A stretch of DNA of 64,000 bases from Candidatus Baldrarchaeota archaeon (lineage in GTDB: Archaea; Asgardarchaeota; Baldrarchaeia; Baldrarchaeales; DXJG01). This document shows positions 38,635 through 48,171 of the stretch, in pieces. The DNA lies in contig DXJG01000002.1 in assembly GCA_019056805.1 (NCBI GenBank), positions 154,178 through 218,177 of the forward strand, given 5' to 3'. Position 1 is the first letter of the stretch; each line of letters starts with the position of its first letter. The translations under genes and the position numbers were made by a program. The notes beneath the pieces were generated by a model that worked only from the letters and a program-made list of their open reading frames with translations, did no database searches and had not been told where the DNA came from.

Positions 38635-41600
38635 TTGAAAGCGATGTTTAAGCATGCTTGCCCGAATTGTGAAGGTAAAATTTCTGATGAAAGATTAGCT
38701 ATGGGAGTACCATGCGAAAACTGTCTGTCTATAGATATTAATCAACTAAAAAACCTATGTTCAAAAATGAATCCCTTGGAATTTAAAATAAAAATTCTGG
38801 ACATTTTAAGGGCTCAAGGAACACTAAAAAAGTATTATGAACTTGTTAAAATCGAAAAAGAATTGGCCGAGTTTGAAGATTTATTTAGAAAGGGAACTGG
38901 AAGCAGGCTTTGGAGTGCACAGCGAGAGTGGGCAAGAAGAGTCTTAAAAGGGGTAAGCTTTGCCATAACCGCTCCCACGGGCATAGGTAAAACAGTATTT
39001 GGAATGACTATGGCCATATATCTAAGCACTAAAGGCAAAAAATCCTATATTATTCTCCCCACAACAGTACTTGTTAAGCAGACACTAGATAGAATCAAAG
39101 AGTTTTTAGAAAAAACAGGAATTCAAATTAAGGTTGCTGGTTATTACGCCAAACTTTCCAAGGATGAAAGAGAAGAATTTAAGCATATGGTTGAAACTGG
39201 AGACTTTAATATACTTGTTACAACTTCACAATATCTTGCATTAAAATTTGACGAAGTATCAAAACATAAATTCGATTTTGTATTCGTTGACGATGTAGAT
39301 GCGCTCCTTAAGTTATCAAAAAACATCGATAGAGTTTTGTTACTATTAGGGTTCAGCAACGAAGCTATTAATCTAAGTTTAAGATTAATAAAATTAAAGA
39401 AAGCGTATGTACGAGCAAGAGCAAATGAAATAGATAAAATAGAACACGAAATAGAAGAAATAACAGAAAAAATAAATTCTCTAAAAGAAAAAACAAAGCC
39501 GGGAACATTAATAGTCTCCACTGCAACTGGTAAAGCAAGAGGCGATCGAGTGAAGTTGTTTAGAGAGTTGTTAAACTTTACAATCGGGTCAGCAAGTGAA
39601 GGTTACAGAAACGTTCAAGACCTTTATATTCCAAGAGAAAGAAACGTAGAAGAACAGTTACATGCATTAGTTAAAAAACTAGGAGCAGGTGGAATTATCT
39701 TTGTCACACTCGAAGAAGGAATAGATTTTGCTGAAAAAATCGCCAATTTTCTAAATGAAAGGGGAGTTAAAGCTGAAGCTTTCCACGCAGGCAAGAAAAG
39801 CCCTGAAATCATAGATCAGTTTTCTAATGGTGAAATAGACATACTTATTGGGGTTGCAAGTCATTATGGACTTTTAGTCAGAGGTCTTGATCTACCACAT
39901 CGCGTACGCTACGCTATTTTCACCGGGGTTCCAAAATTCAAATTCAGCTTAGATGTTAGCGAAGAAACCAGTCCAACAAGAATATACATGCTTCTATCCG
40001 AAATATCAGAATACTTACCCAGCGAGGAAAAAGAAAAAGCCGAAAACTTTCTCAGGAAAATCAGACAATACTTAATGAGACTAACACCAACACAGTTACA
40101 ACAAATTAGAGATGCACTAACTGCCAAAACAAAAATAAATAATACATATCTTCAAAACATCTTAGACCTCTATGTCAACGTCATAAATTTTGTTGATTCC
40201 ATGCTTAAAAGAAAAGACATTCTTGATAAGATAAGAGAAAGTCCATTTATATCTCTAGAAAAAATAGACGAAGAACTCTATATACTAATACCAGATGTAA
40301 GAACCTACATTCAAGCTTCGGGAAGAACATCGAGATTATTTGCAGGAGGAGTAGCTAAAGGGATTTCAATACTCCTAGTAGATAATGAAAAGATCTTCAA
40401 CGGTCTTGTAAGGCAACTAAGATGGAGATTCGAAGAAAGCGAATGGAAACATCTAAACGAAGTAGACCTAACTTCGCTACTTAAAGAAGTCGATGCCGAC
40501 AGAGAACTTATTTTAAAAATTAAACGAGGAGAAATAACGATAGAATTAAAAGACCCAGTAAAATCAGCACTTCTCATAGTAGAATCTCCAAGTAAAGCAT
40601 TTACTATTTCCACATTTTTCGGCAAACCAGCAAGAAGAAGATTACATGGATTACCAGTCTACGAAGTTGTAACTGGAGATTTAGACTTAAACGTAGCTGC
40701 AAGCGGAGGTCATATTTTTGATCTAGTTACTGAAGAAGGGTTCCACGGTGTGATGACCGAAAACGGGGTTTTCATACCAATATATACAACAATAAAAAGA
40801 TGTATGACATGCAGAGAACAATTTGTAGAAGATGTAGACAGGTGTCCACGATGTAAATCCACAGAAATAAAAAACTCCCTAGATAATGTAAAAGCACTAA
40901 GCGAAATAGCCTCTGAAGTAGATATAATCCTTATAGGAACCGATCCAGATTCTGTTACGGGAGATTCAGAAGTTTTGGTGAATTTAAATGGAAAAGTATT
41001 CCTATCTAGGATCGACGAACTATTTGAAAGATTAAAGAGTTCAAAAGAATTTTACTTTTTCACTAAGAGAAATCATGAATATCTTGAACCAAAAGATAAT
41101 AGTTATTTAAAAGTATTAGGAGTTGATAAGCACTTTGACACTCGATGGGTAAATGTAAATTATTTCATTAGGCATAAAGTTCAAAAAGAAATTTATGAAA
41201 TCGAAACAGCAACAGGCAGAAGTATAAAAGTGACTGGAGACCACTCCTTATTTACACTTAAAGATTTCCAGCTTCAAGAACTTAAAATAAGCGAAATTAA
41301 AATCGGAGATATGTTAGTAGTTCCACGAAGACTGGTATGTAATGAAAATAGTCTTGAATATATTGACATTTTAGATTTTAAAGACTTAGGTGCGAAAAAA
41401 GTAGACGAAAAACATGTTAAGATTGGAAAAAGTAAACCTATACCAAGATACATAAAGCTTGATAAAATTTTTCTCGAGTTTCTCGGTCTATGGATAGGTG
41501 ATGGTTCATTCCACAAAGATAGATATGTACGCATTTCTGTCATTGATAAAGAGTCAAGAAAAGTTGTAAAGGAAATAGCTAAGAGATTCGGAGCAAAGAT

Positions 41601-43629
41601 ATATGAAGAAAAGGACAATGCAACACTTACAATAATGTCAAGGGCTCTTTACCTTATTTTAAAGAAAGTTTTCGGTTTAAAGCATGGTGCAGGTTCAAAA
41701 GAAGTTCCATCTATAATTTTTTCTCTTTCTAAAGAACAAATATCAGCTTTTCTAAGAGGATACATCAGTGCTGATGGTACTGTGTCTAAAGGAGAACCTA
41801 ATTTTTCAACAAAATCCAAAAAACTCTTTGAACAACTTAGAACGCTATTTCTAATGTTAGGAATTGTGGTTAAAAAATACGAAGATAACGGGGTTCTTAG
41901 AGGATTTATCCATGCAGAGTGGATATCCGATTTCATAAATAAAATTGGCTTTCTTCAGGAAAGTAAAAATAGTAAGATAACTCCTAAGAAAGGAATAAGG
42001 AATTACATAGATGTATTTCCCGTGGAAGGGTTAAAAGGATGCATTAAGACGAATCCCAGTTATGCAGAGGCAATATATAGATCTGGGATAATGGGAAGAC
42101 GGAGATTGGAGAACTTTTTGCCATTTATAAAAAATGAAACATTGAAAGAGACTGTTAAAAGCGTTCTAAATTCGGATATTATGGTCGAAAAAGTTGTTAA
42201 AATTAGAAAAATAGAAAAATTTAATGATTATGTTTATGATTTTGATACGGAAACTGATAACTTTATAGCAAACAATATTCTCGCCCATAATACCGAGGGG
42301 GAGAAAATTGGTTGGGATATAGCTACTGTCTTATCACCGTATGCGCACCAAATTAAACGTGTAGAATTTCATGAAATAACAAAAATGGCGATTAGGAATG
42401 CGCTTGAAAATCTTAAAGAAATAGATGAAAACAGAGTATCAGCACAACTGGTACGTAGAATAGAGGATAGATGGATAGGTTTCGAGTTAAGTAGACGTCT
42501 TTGGCAAAGATTTCGGGATTATCATCTCTCTGCAGGCAGAGTTCAGACCCCGGTTTTAGGTTGGATAATAGAAAGATATAAGGAATTTCTAAAAAGTTGG
42601 AAATATGTTTTCTGGGTGAAGCTATCAAATCAATACATAGTGGAGCTCAGAGATCTTGGGGGAAAGCCTTACGAGATTGCTGAGAAACTTCGCGGTTCAG
42701 ATGTTAAAATTATATTCCTTGAGGAAACTTTAGAAGATTTGAATCCACCTCCACCATTTACAACTGATGAAATGTTGAGAGAAGCATCAAGACTCTTAAA
42801 ATTCGGTGCACAAGAAACTATGATTCTTGCACAAGCGCTTTTCGAATCCGGTCTAATAACTTACCATAGAACGGATAGTCACCGAGTAAGTAATGTAGGA
42901 ATAAGAATCGCTAAGGAATACATAACTCAAGAAATTGGTGAAGAGTATTTTCATGCAAGAAAATGGGGAACAGAGGAAGAAGGAGCTCATGAATGTATCC
43001 GTCCAACACGTCCACTAAACGTGGAAAGACTAAGAACTCTAATAGAGGAAGGAGTAATAAAAACAGCAGAAACAATGACATGGCAACACTACAAACTATA
43101 TCAACTCATATTCAACAGATTTATTGCAAGCCAAATGACACCTGCGAAAATAAAAAGAATGAAGGCAAAAATAAAGTTCAATGAAATAGTTGAGACTGAA
43201 ATAGAAGGAATTACAGAAATAGTTGAACCAGGATTTACAACGATACAACCAATAAAAACGATACCCAAATTAAAAGAACCACTAAGCGTAGTTGATGTTA
43301 AATTCAAAAAAATACCAACAATAAGTCTTTATACGCAAGGAGATATTGTTGAACTCATGAAAAAGAGAGGAATAGGAAGACCATCTACGTATGCAACAAT
43401 AATACAAACATTACTTGAAAGAGGTTATGTAGAAGAGAAAAACAAAATGTTAAAACCTACAAAACTGGGAATCAAAGTATACGAGTACCTATCAAAATTT
43501 TACAGCAACTTAGTATCAGAAGAAAGAACTAGAGAACTGGAAAGAAAAATGGAAGAAATAGAAGAAGGAAAGGTAAATCATCAACAAATCTTAAAGGATC
43601 TCTACCAGGAAATAAAAAGTCTCAAATGA
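38635..43629 (+). CDS. rgy: Reverse gyrase (helicase plus topoisomerase IA) carrying an intein
   Basis: N-terminal Zn finger, SF2 helicase motifs (APTGIGKT, DDVD), the TOPRIM motif TDPD//TEGEKI split by an insert, and topo IA domains. 1664 aa total, 1217 aa without the insert. Confidence 0.9.
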   Translation: MKAMFKHACPNCEGKISDERLAMGVPCENCLSIDINQLKNLCSKMNPLEFKIKILDILRAQGTLKKYYELVKIEKELAEFEDLFRKGTGSRLWSAQREWARRVLKGVSFAITAPTGIGKTVFGMTMAIYLSTKGKKSYIILPTTVLVKQTLDRIKEFLEKTGIQIKVAGYYAKLSKDEREEFKHMVETGDFNILVTTSQYLALKFDEVSKHKFDFVFVDDVDALLKLSKNIDRVLLLLGFSNEAINLSLRLIKLKKAYVRARANEIDKIEHEIEEITEKINSLKEKTKPGTLIVSTATGKARGDRVKLFRELLNFTIGSASEGYRNVQDLYIPRERNVEEQLHALVKKLGAGGIIFVTLEEGIDFAEKIANFLNERGVKAEAFHAGKKSPEIIDQFSNGEIDILIGVASHYGLLVRGLDLPHRVRYAIFTGVPKFKFSLDVSEETSPTRIYMLLSEISEYLPSEEKEKAENFLRKIRQYLMRLTPTQLQQIRDALTAKTKINNTYLQNILDLYVNVINFVDSMLKRKDILDKIRESPFISLEKIDEELYILIPDVRTYIQASGRTSRLFAGGVAKGISILLVDNEKIFNGLVRQLRWRFEESEWKHLNEVDLTSLLKEVDADRELILKIKRGEITIELKDPVKSALLIVESPSKAFTISTFFGKPARRRLHGLPVYEVVTGDLDLNVAASGGHIFDLVTEEGFHGVMTENGVFIPIYTTIKRCMTCREQFVEDVDRCPRCKSTEIKNSLDNVKALSEIASEVDIILIGTDPDSVTGDSEVLVNLNGKVFLSRIDELFERLKSSKEFYFFTKRNHEYLEPKDNSYLKVLGVDKHFDTRWVNVNYFIRHKVQKEIYEIETATGRSIKVTGDHSLFTLKDFQLQELKISEIKIGDMLVVPRRLVCNENSLEYIDILDFKDLGAKKVDEKHVKIGKSKPIPRYIKLDKIFLEFLGLWIGDGSFHKDRYVRISVIDKESRKVVKEIAKRFGAKIYEEKDNATLTIMSRALYLILKKVFGLKHGAGSKEVPSIIFSLSKEQISAFLRGYISADGTVSKGEPNFSTKSKKLFEQLRTLFLMLGIVVKKYEDNGVLRGFIHAEWISDFINKIGFLQESKNSKITPKKGIRNYIDVFPVEGLKGCIKTNPSYAEAIYRSGIMGRRRLENFLPFIKNETLKETVKSVLNSDIMVEKVVKIRKIEKFNDYVYDFDTETDNFIANNILAHNTEGEKIGWDIATVLSPYAHQIKRVEFHEITKMAIRNALENLKEIDENRVSAQLVRRIEDRWIGFELSRRLWQRFRDYHLSAGRVQTPVLGWIIERYKEFLKSWKYVFWVKLSNQYIVELRDLGGKPYEIAEKLRGSDVKIIFLEETLEDLNPPPPFTTDEMLREASRLLKFGAQETMILAQALFESGLITYHRTDSHRVSNVGIRIAKEYITQEIGEEYFHARKWGTEEEGAHECIRPTRPLNVERLRTLIEEGVIKTAETMTWQHYKLYQLIFNRFIASQMTPAKIKRMKAKIKFNEIVETEIEGITEIVEPGFTTIQPIKTIPKLKEPLSVVDVKFKKIPTISLYTQGDIVELMKKRGIGRPSTYATIIQTLLERGYVEEKNKMLKPTKLGIKVYEYLSKFYSNLVSEERTRELERKMEEIEEGKVNHQQILKDLYQEIKSLK
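40951..42291 (+). mobile_element. Intein (447 aa) with LAGLIDADG homing endonuclease domain inside the reverse gyrase TOPRIM motif
   Basis: Begins with Ser after TDPD and ends with HN before TEGEKI. Contains LAGLIDADG motifs LGLWIGDGSF and LRGYISADGTVS. Confidence 0.8.
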
Positions 43630-43670
43630 TTCTAATAGAAATATTTCGAGATAATTTTCACCATCGCTTT

Positions 43671-44225
43671 TTAAGCTCTAAACCACGTAAATACGTAATA
43701 TATCGGTTTACCGTCAGGACTTATTGTTGATATTATGAATTTCTTTCTCACGGTAGTTGCAAGTCTACCGGATCTCACTATTTCTAATGCAGAAAGTTTC
43801 GAGTTCATCGGTAAAACATGAACTAAGAAAGGGGCGTGATCAATTCCAGGACCATGCTCATAAACAGCAAAATCAGCACCAAACTTCATTCCAGGCCGAA
43901 CAACATATCCTTTCTCCCTAAGATCTTTATACACTATGTATTTTTCCTCAAATTTTTCGTGAATTTTTGACGCAATTTTCTTAAATTCTTCAAATGTTAA
44001 TTCACGGTTCGTCTCCGCATCTATTAAAATAAGTCTATTCTTTTCCATTAAATATAACGCTTCTAAAAAAGATAGTTCTAAAGGCTTATTGAAACTAGGG
44101 GCTTTCGGCTTTCTGATTCCAAGAGGTTTACCATAAAATCCTTCAGCATAAAGTTTTGAGCCTTGTTCAGGATTCCAAACGACAACTCTACTTCCAAGAA
44201 ATTCTCCTCGAATCTTTTCCGACAT
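43671..44225 (-). CDS. endA: tRNA-splicing (BHB) endonuclease
   Basis: 184 aa. The C-terminal catalytic region (GADFAVYE..HAPFLVHV..) is typical of archaeal EndA. Confidence 0.75.
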   Translation of the reverse strand: MSEKIRGEFLGSRVVVWNPEQGSKLYAEGFYGKPLGIRKPKAPSFNKPLELSFLEALYLMEKNRLILIDAETNRELTFEEFKKIASKIHEKFEEKYIVYKDLREKGYVVRPGMKFGADFAVYEHGPGIDHAPFLVHVLPMNSKLSALEIVRSGRLATTVRKKFIISTISPDGKPIYYVFTWFRA

Positions 44226-44235
44226 TTTTTCCCTC

Positions 44236-44889
44236 CTAACCTAACTTACCGACTGCTATGATTCTTACCGCATCCGCTGCATCTTCTGCAATATCAGCAA
44301 TCTCCTCAATATGCCTAACAAAATCTATCACTTTAATTAAGGTTTTTGCGCTTATATCCAAGTTGTAAAGCGTGTGGACAATAACTCTTTGTAGTACATC
44401 AACTTTTCTCTCCGATTCGTCAACTTCTTCAGCTATCTTTATGGCTTTTTCCACGTTTTGAGGAAGCATGAAAATTGCTTCTCTTAATTTTTCAACAGAC
44501 TTTACAACCCATTCAATGAATTCTCTAAACATGTCAGCTAATTCGCCCTGAGGACGCCAATCACGTAAATGTGATAGTCTAAAGCTCGTTGCGTCAGCAT
44601 AATCAGCTATTTCATCTGCAATAAGACTTAATCGCATAAGATCTTCTCGCTGTATTAATGTAGCAGCCTTAGAAACCTCATCTAGTAATGCTCTTTTTAT
44701 TTCATCTGCTTCTTTTTCTAAGGACGAAATTTTTTCTAACCTTTGCTCAATTGATTCCCATCTGTTGTTTATCCAATCTTCTACCATAAGAGATAGTTCT
44801 TTTACGGCTGTTATTACTTTTCTTATATGGTCTTGGTACATATCAAGTGCTTTTCTTTCTTCGTCATTTGTATATGGATTTATAACCAT
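44236..44889 (-). CDS. PhoU/DUF47-like helical protein (paralog of 14128..14817)
   Basis: Helical repeats. Similar architecture to the other PhoU-like gene. Confidence 0.5.
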   Translation of the reverse strand: MVINPYTNDEERKALDMYQDHIRKVITAVKELSLMVEDWINNRWESIEQRLEKISSLEKEADEIKRALLDEVSKAATLIQREDLMRLSLIADEIADYADATSFRLSHLRDWRPQGELADMFREFIEWVVKSVEKLREAIFMLPQNVEKAIKIAEEVDESERKVDVLQRVIVHTLYNLDISAKTLIKVIDFVRHIEEIADIAEDAADAVRIIAVGKLG

Positions 44890-45209
44890 GAACGCTACCT
44901 CCTAGGAAATATTGAGCCATTTCAAGTTTAAATTGAATGTTAAATCTTTATCGTTATTTCTAAATCGCTGTGCAACAAATGATAACCCCCATTTATAATG
45001 TTTTCGTAAAACTTAGGAACGTACATTGATGTGGATTTGCGTCAAATAAACATAGACTTTTCGATTGATATCGGTAAATTGAAGTTGATCAATAAATTAG
45101 CAAGAAAAATATTGGAAATGTTCTAACAATATTTTTAAATAGCTGTTTTTGTTAAGTACGCTTCAAATCTTATTTCGGAAGTCTTATATAACTCTCGTAA
45201 GAACATAAT

Positions 45210-45276
45210 ATGCCGATGAAGAGTGGCATCAGCTGGCTAGGCTTTGCCGATGGCCTGGGATCAACCACCTGAGCAT
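45210..45276 (+). ncRNA. Candidate C/D box sRNA
   Basis: Terminal stem AUGC/GCAU enclosing a cGAUGA C box at the 5' end and a CUGA D box at the 3' end. There are internal GCUG (D') and GAUG (C') boxes. 67 nt, intergenic. Confidence 0.4.
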
Positions 45277-45379
45277 CCTACTTATAATTATACGAGACTT
45301 CCTTAGAATAATTTTTAAATATTGAAGATAGTTTTAGTCTGATAAATTCCATTCCTGATCAAAACTCTAGGCGAGAAAA

Positions 45380-46354
45380 ATGTTATTGACAGACCTTTTT
45401 GAAAAAAATAAATTAAGATTTCTACTGTTTGGCGGTAAAGGCGGTGTAGGAAAAACAAGTTGTGCAGCAGCGACTTCCCTTTGGGCAGCAGAAAATGGAA
45501 AAGAAACCCTAGTAATTAGTACAGACCCAGCTCACAGTTTATCGGATAGTTTCGGAGAAAAAATAGGAGATTCTATCAAAAAAATAAACGGAATAAAAAA
45601 CCTCTATGGTCTTGAAATAGACCCTAAAAAAGCAATACGTGAATATAGCGAAAAACTACAATCAACACCAGATTTAGGCCTACCAATAGATGTACAAACG
45701 GACGAACTCGAGGAATTGACATCTCTTACGCCGCCAGGAGCTGACGAGGCTCTTGCTTTTGCAAAAGTTTTAGAATTTATAGAAAGACCCGAATATGACC
45801 TCATAATTTTCGACACTGCTCCAACTGGGCATACTTTAAGACTTCTTAGTTTACCTGATATTTTAAACAGTTGGGTTGGAAAACTCATTAAAATGAGAGC
45901 ATGGATTCTTCGAATGACCTCCTTCTTTAAAAGAATTTTAGGTAAAGGAGGAGAAGAGGACAAAACGATGGAATATCTTGAAAAACTAAAAAATACTATT
46001 GAGACAGCAAGAGCAGAACTGTCAAATGAAGAGGAGACACGATTTATACCAGTTATGATTCCAGAGGCCATGTCAATCTACGAGACGGAGCGCTTAGTAA
46101 GAACTTTATACGAATACGAGATTCCAGTTACACACATCATTGTTAATATGATTCATCCAGAAGTTCTAGGATGTACTTTTTGTGCAGCTCGTAGAAGCAT
46201 GCAAATAGAGAATCTAAAAATTATTAATGAGTATTATTCTGACTTTTCAATAGTTTATATGCCTCTCTTTCCGACCGAAATTAGAGGTATTTCGAAGCTT
46301 AGGGAATTTGCAAAATACCTTTTTGAGGAGGAATTTATACCTAAATTATATTAG
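45380..46354 (+). CDS. ArsA/Get3-family ATPase (single domain, with CxxC motif)
   Basis: P-loop GGKGGVGKTS, the DTAPTGHT signature, and a CTFC CxxC pair as in Get3/TRC40. Confidence 0.8.
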   Translation: MLLTDLFEKNKLRFLLFGGKGGVGKTSCAAATSLWAAENGKETLVISTDPAHSLSDSFGEKIGDSIKKINGIKNLYGLEIDPKKAIREYSEKLQSTPDLGLPIDVQTDELEELTSLTPPGADEALAFAKVLEFIERPEYDLIIFDTAPTGHTLRLLSLPDILNSWVGKLIKMRAWILRMTSFFKRILGKGGEEDKTMEYLEKLKNTIETARAELSNEEETRFIPVMIPEAMSIYETERLVRTLYEYEIPVTHIIVNMIHPEVLGCTFCAARRSMQIENLKIINEYYSDFSIVYMPLFPTEIRGISKLREFAKYLFEEEFIPKLY

Positions 46355-46547
46355 GAAGGTGAAAAAGTTGAACGGAAGATTTAGAAGTAAATTGTTTGCA
46401 CTATTATTTCTTCTCCTTGTATGTATTAGTTTCTTTCTATACGCATTTTTAATTTTTAGTCCCTAATCTATTTACTTCCTTTCAGAAATATATTTTAATC
46501 AAGATATATGATAATATAAATTCGCTAACAACTTGTGAGGGCTACAA

Positions 46548-47879
46548 GTGACACAAACATCTACTATAGTATTCCTAGGAGGAGCGCGAGAAGTAGGTAG
46601 AACATCGATATTATTGGAGCTTGAAGATCTAAATATTCTACTTGATTGTGGAATTAATGTAGGTGGAAAGGGAGAGAATAGATATCCCCTCTCAATGCCG
46701 AAAAAACCAGACATAACAATTTTATCTCATGCTCATCTTGATCATGCAGGCTATATTCCAGCGATTGCTAAAAAATATCAATGTAAAATTTATGCTACAC
46801 CCCCGACACAAGATATATCCGAAATTTTACACATAGACCTACTAAAAATCGCTAAAGAAAGTAGAGATGCTTTACCCTTTGAAATGAAAGATGTTATGGC
46901 TCTCAGAAAATACTTTATTGATTCCTCATACAGAATACCAATTTCCCTAAACGATAATGTCAAGCTTACCATGTATAGGTCTGGTCACATCTTAGGCTCA
47001 GCTATGATAAAAATTGAAACAGAGTCACTTTCCATCCTTTACACCGGAGATTTATCAATGCGAAATAGTAAAACTCTTGAAATGGCAGATACAGATGTTG
47101 GAAAAGTAGACATACTCATAATTGAATCTACCTATGGGCATTCCTCAGATAAACATCCAAGTAGACAAAAAACAGAACAAGAGTTCATAAAAGCAATCCA
47201 AAAGACCATTAAAAGAGGAGGAAAAATTCTGGTACCTGCATTTGCAGTAGGCAGAGCTCAAGAAGTCATGCTTACATTAGAATCTTACATGAGAAGTAAA
47301 GCCCTATCAAATGTCCCAATCTATATTGATGGAATGATAAGAAAAATTAACGAACTCTACAGAATCTACTGGTTTTACTTAAGACCGCAAATAAGAAGAA
47401 CAATAAGATATGCAAAAAGAAACCCACTAGAATCTAAACTATTTACGATAGTAAGAGACAGAGATGAACCCGTTGAACGAGAAGAACCATGTATAATCAT
47501 AAGTACCTCAGGGATGTTAGAAGGCGGACCGGCAATGTTTTATCTAAAAGAACTTGGCAATGATCCTAAAAACCTTATTTGTCTAACAGGTTACCAAGTA
47601 CCAGGTACTAGAGGAAGAAAATTACTTGATGGAGAGAAAGAAATAGAATTACCAACCGGAGAGGAAATTGAAGTTTCAGCAGAAGTAAAATTATTTGATT
47701 TTAGCGCGCACGCAGATCAACCCAGCTTGTTCAGGTTTATTTCTTATTTAAAAGGAGTACAAAAAGTATTTTGCATACACGGAGAAGAAAATAAAGTATT
47801 AGATTTTTCAGAAAGAATAAAGAAAAATAAAAAAATTGAAGCATATGCCCCCAAAGTCGGAGAAGAAATAACGCTCTAA
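46548..47879 (+). CDS. Beta-CASP family metallo-beta-lactamase ribonuclease (aCPSF2/RNase J-like)
   Basis: HAHLDHAG motif and beta-CASP C-terminal motifs. 443 aa. Confidence 0.75.
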   Translation: MTQTSTIVFLGGAREVGRTSILLELEDLNILLDCGINVGGKGENRYPLSMPKKPDITILSHAHLDHAGYIPAIAKKYQCKIYATPPTQDISEILHIDLLKIAKESRDALPFEMKDVMALRKYFIDSSYRIPISLNDNVKLTMYRSGHILGSAMIKIETESLSILYTGDLSMRNSKTLEMADTDVGKVDILIIESTYGHSSDKHPSRQKTEQEFIKAIQKTIKRGGKILVPAFAVGRAQEVMLTLESYMRSKALSNVPIYIDGMIRKINELYRIYWFYLRPQIRRTIRYAKRNPLESKLFTIVRDRDEPVEREEPCIIISTSGMLEGGPAMFYLKELGNDPKNLICLTGYQVPGTRGRKLLDGEKEIELPTGEEIEVSAEVKLFDFSAHADQPSLFRFISYLKGVQKVFCIHGEENKVLDFSERIKKNKKIEAYAPKVGEEITL

Positions 47880-47881
47880 AT

Positions 47882-48157
47882 TCAGGTAGAAACAGCTTTC
47901 CTGACGGTTGCTATAGAATTATCCGCGATACCTTTTTCTTGTAATTCATCTGGGTTCATCCACACTTCGTTTATGGGAACTTCACCTTTCGAAAAAGAGA
48001 TGCTTCTGAACTTTTTCTTCTTAGCTACAACTATTTCAATTTCCTGGCCGTCTTCAATTTCTAGAAAAGACATGGTTTCGGGATTTAAAAAAGATTTTCC
48101 TCTCTCCACCTCTACACGATGTCTAAGTCTCATTCTTTTTTGTCTAATTCCATCCAT
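47882..48157 (-). CDS. Small hypothetical protein (91 aa)
   Basis: ORF only, immediately downstream of the GlyRS gene on the same strand. Confidence 0.35.
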   Translation of the reverse strand: MDGIRQKRMRLRHRVEVERGKSFLNPETMSFLEIEDGQEIEIVVAKKKKFRSISFSKGEVPINEVWMNPDELQEKGIADNSIATVRKAVST

Positions 48158-48171
48158 TCCATCACCTCAAA

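Noticed and set aside
42841-42849. TTCGAATCC T-loop-like motif
   Set aside because: It lies inside the reverse gyrase coding frame with no acceptor or D/anticodon arms around it, so it is not a tRNA.
46368-46466. 32-aa hydrophobic peptide ORF with TTG start downstream of the Get3-like gene
   Set aside because: It is intriguing next to a tail-anchored-protein insertion ATPase, but too short to call from sequence alone.
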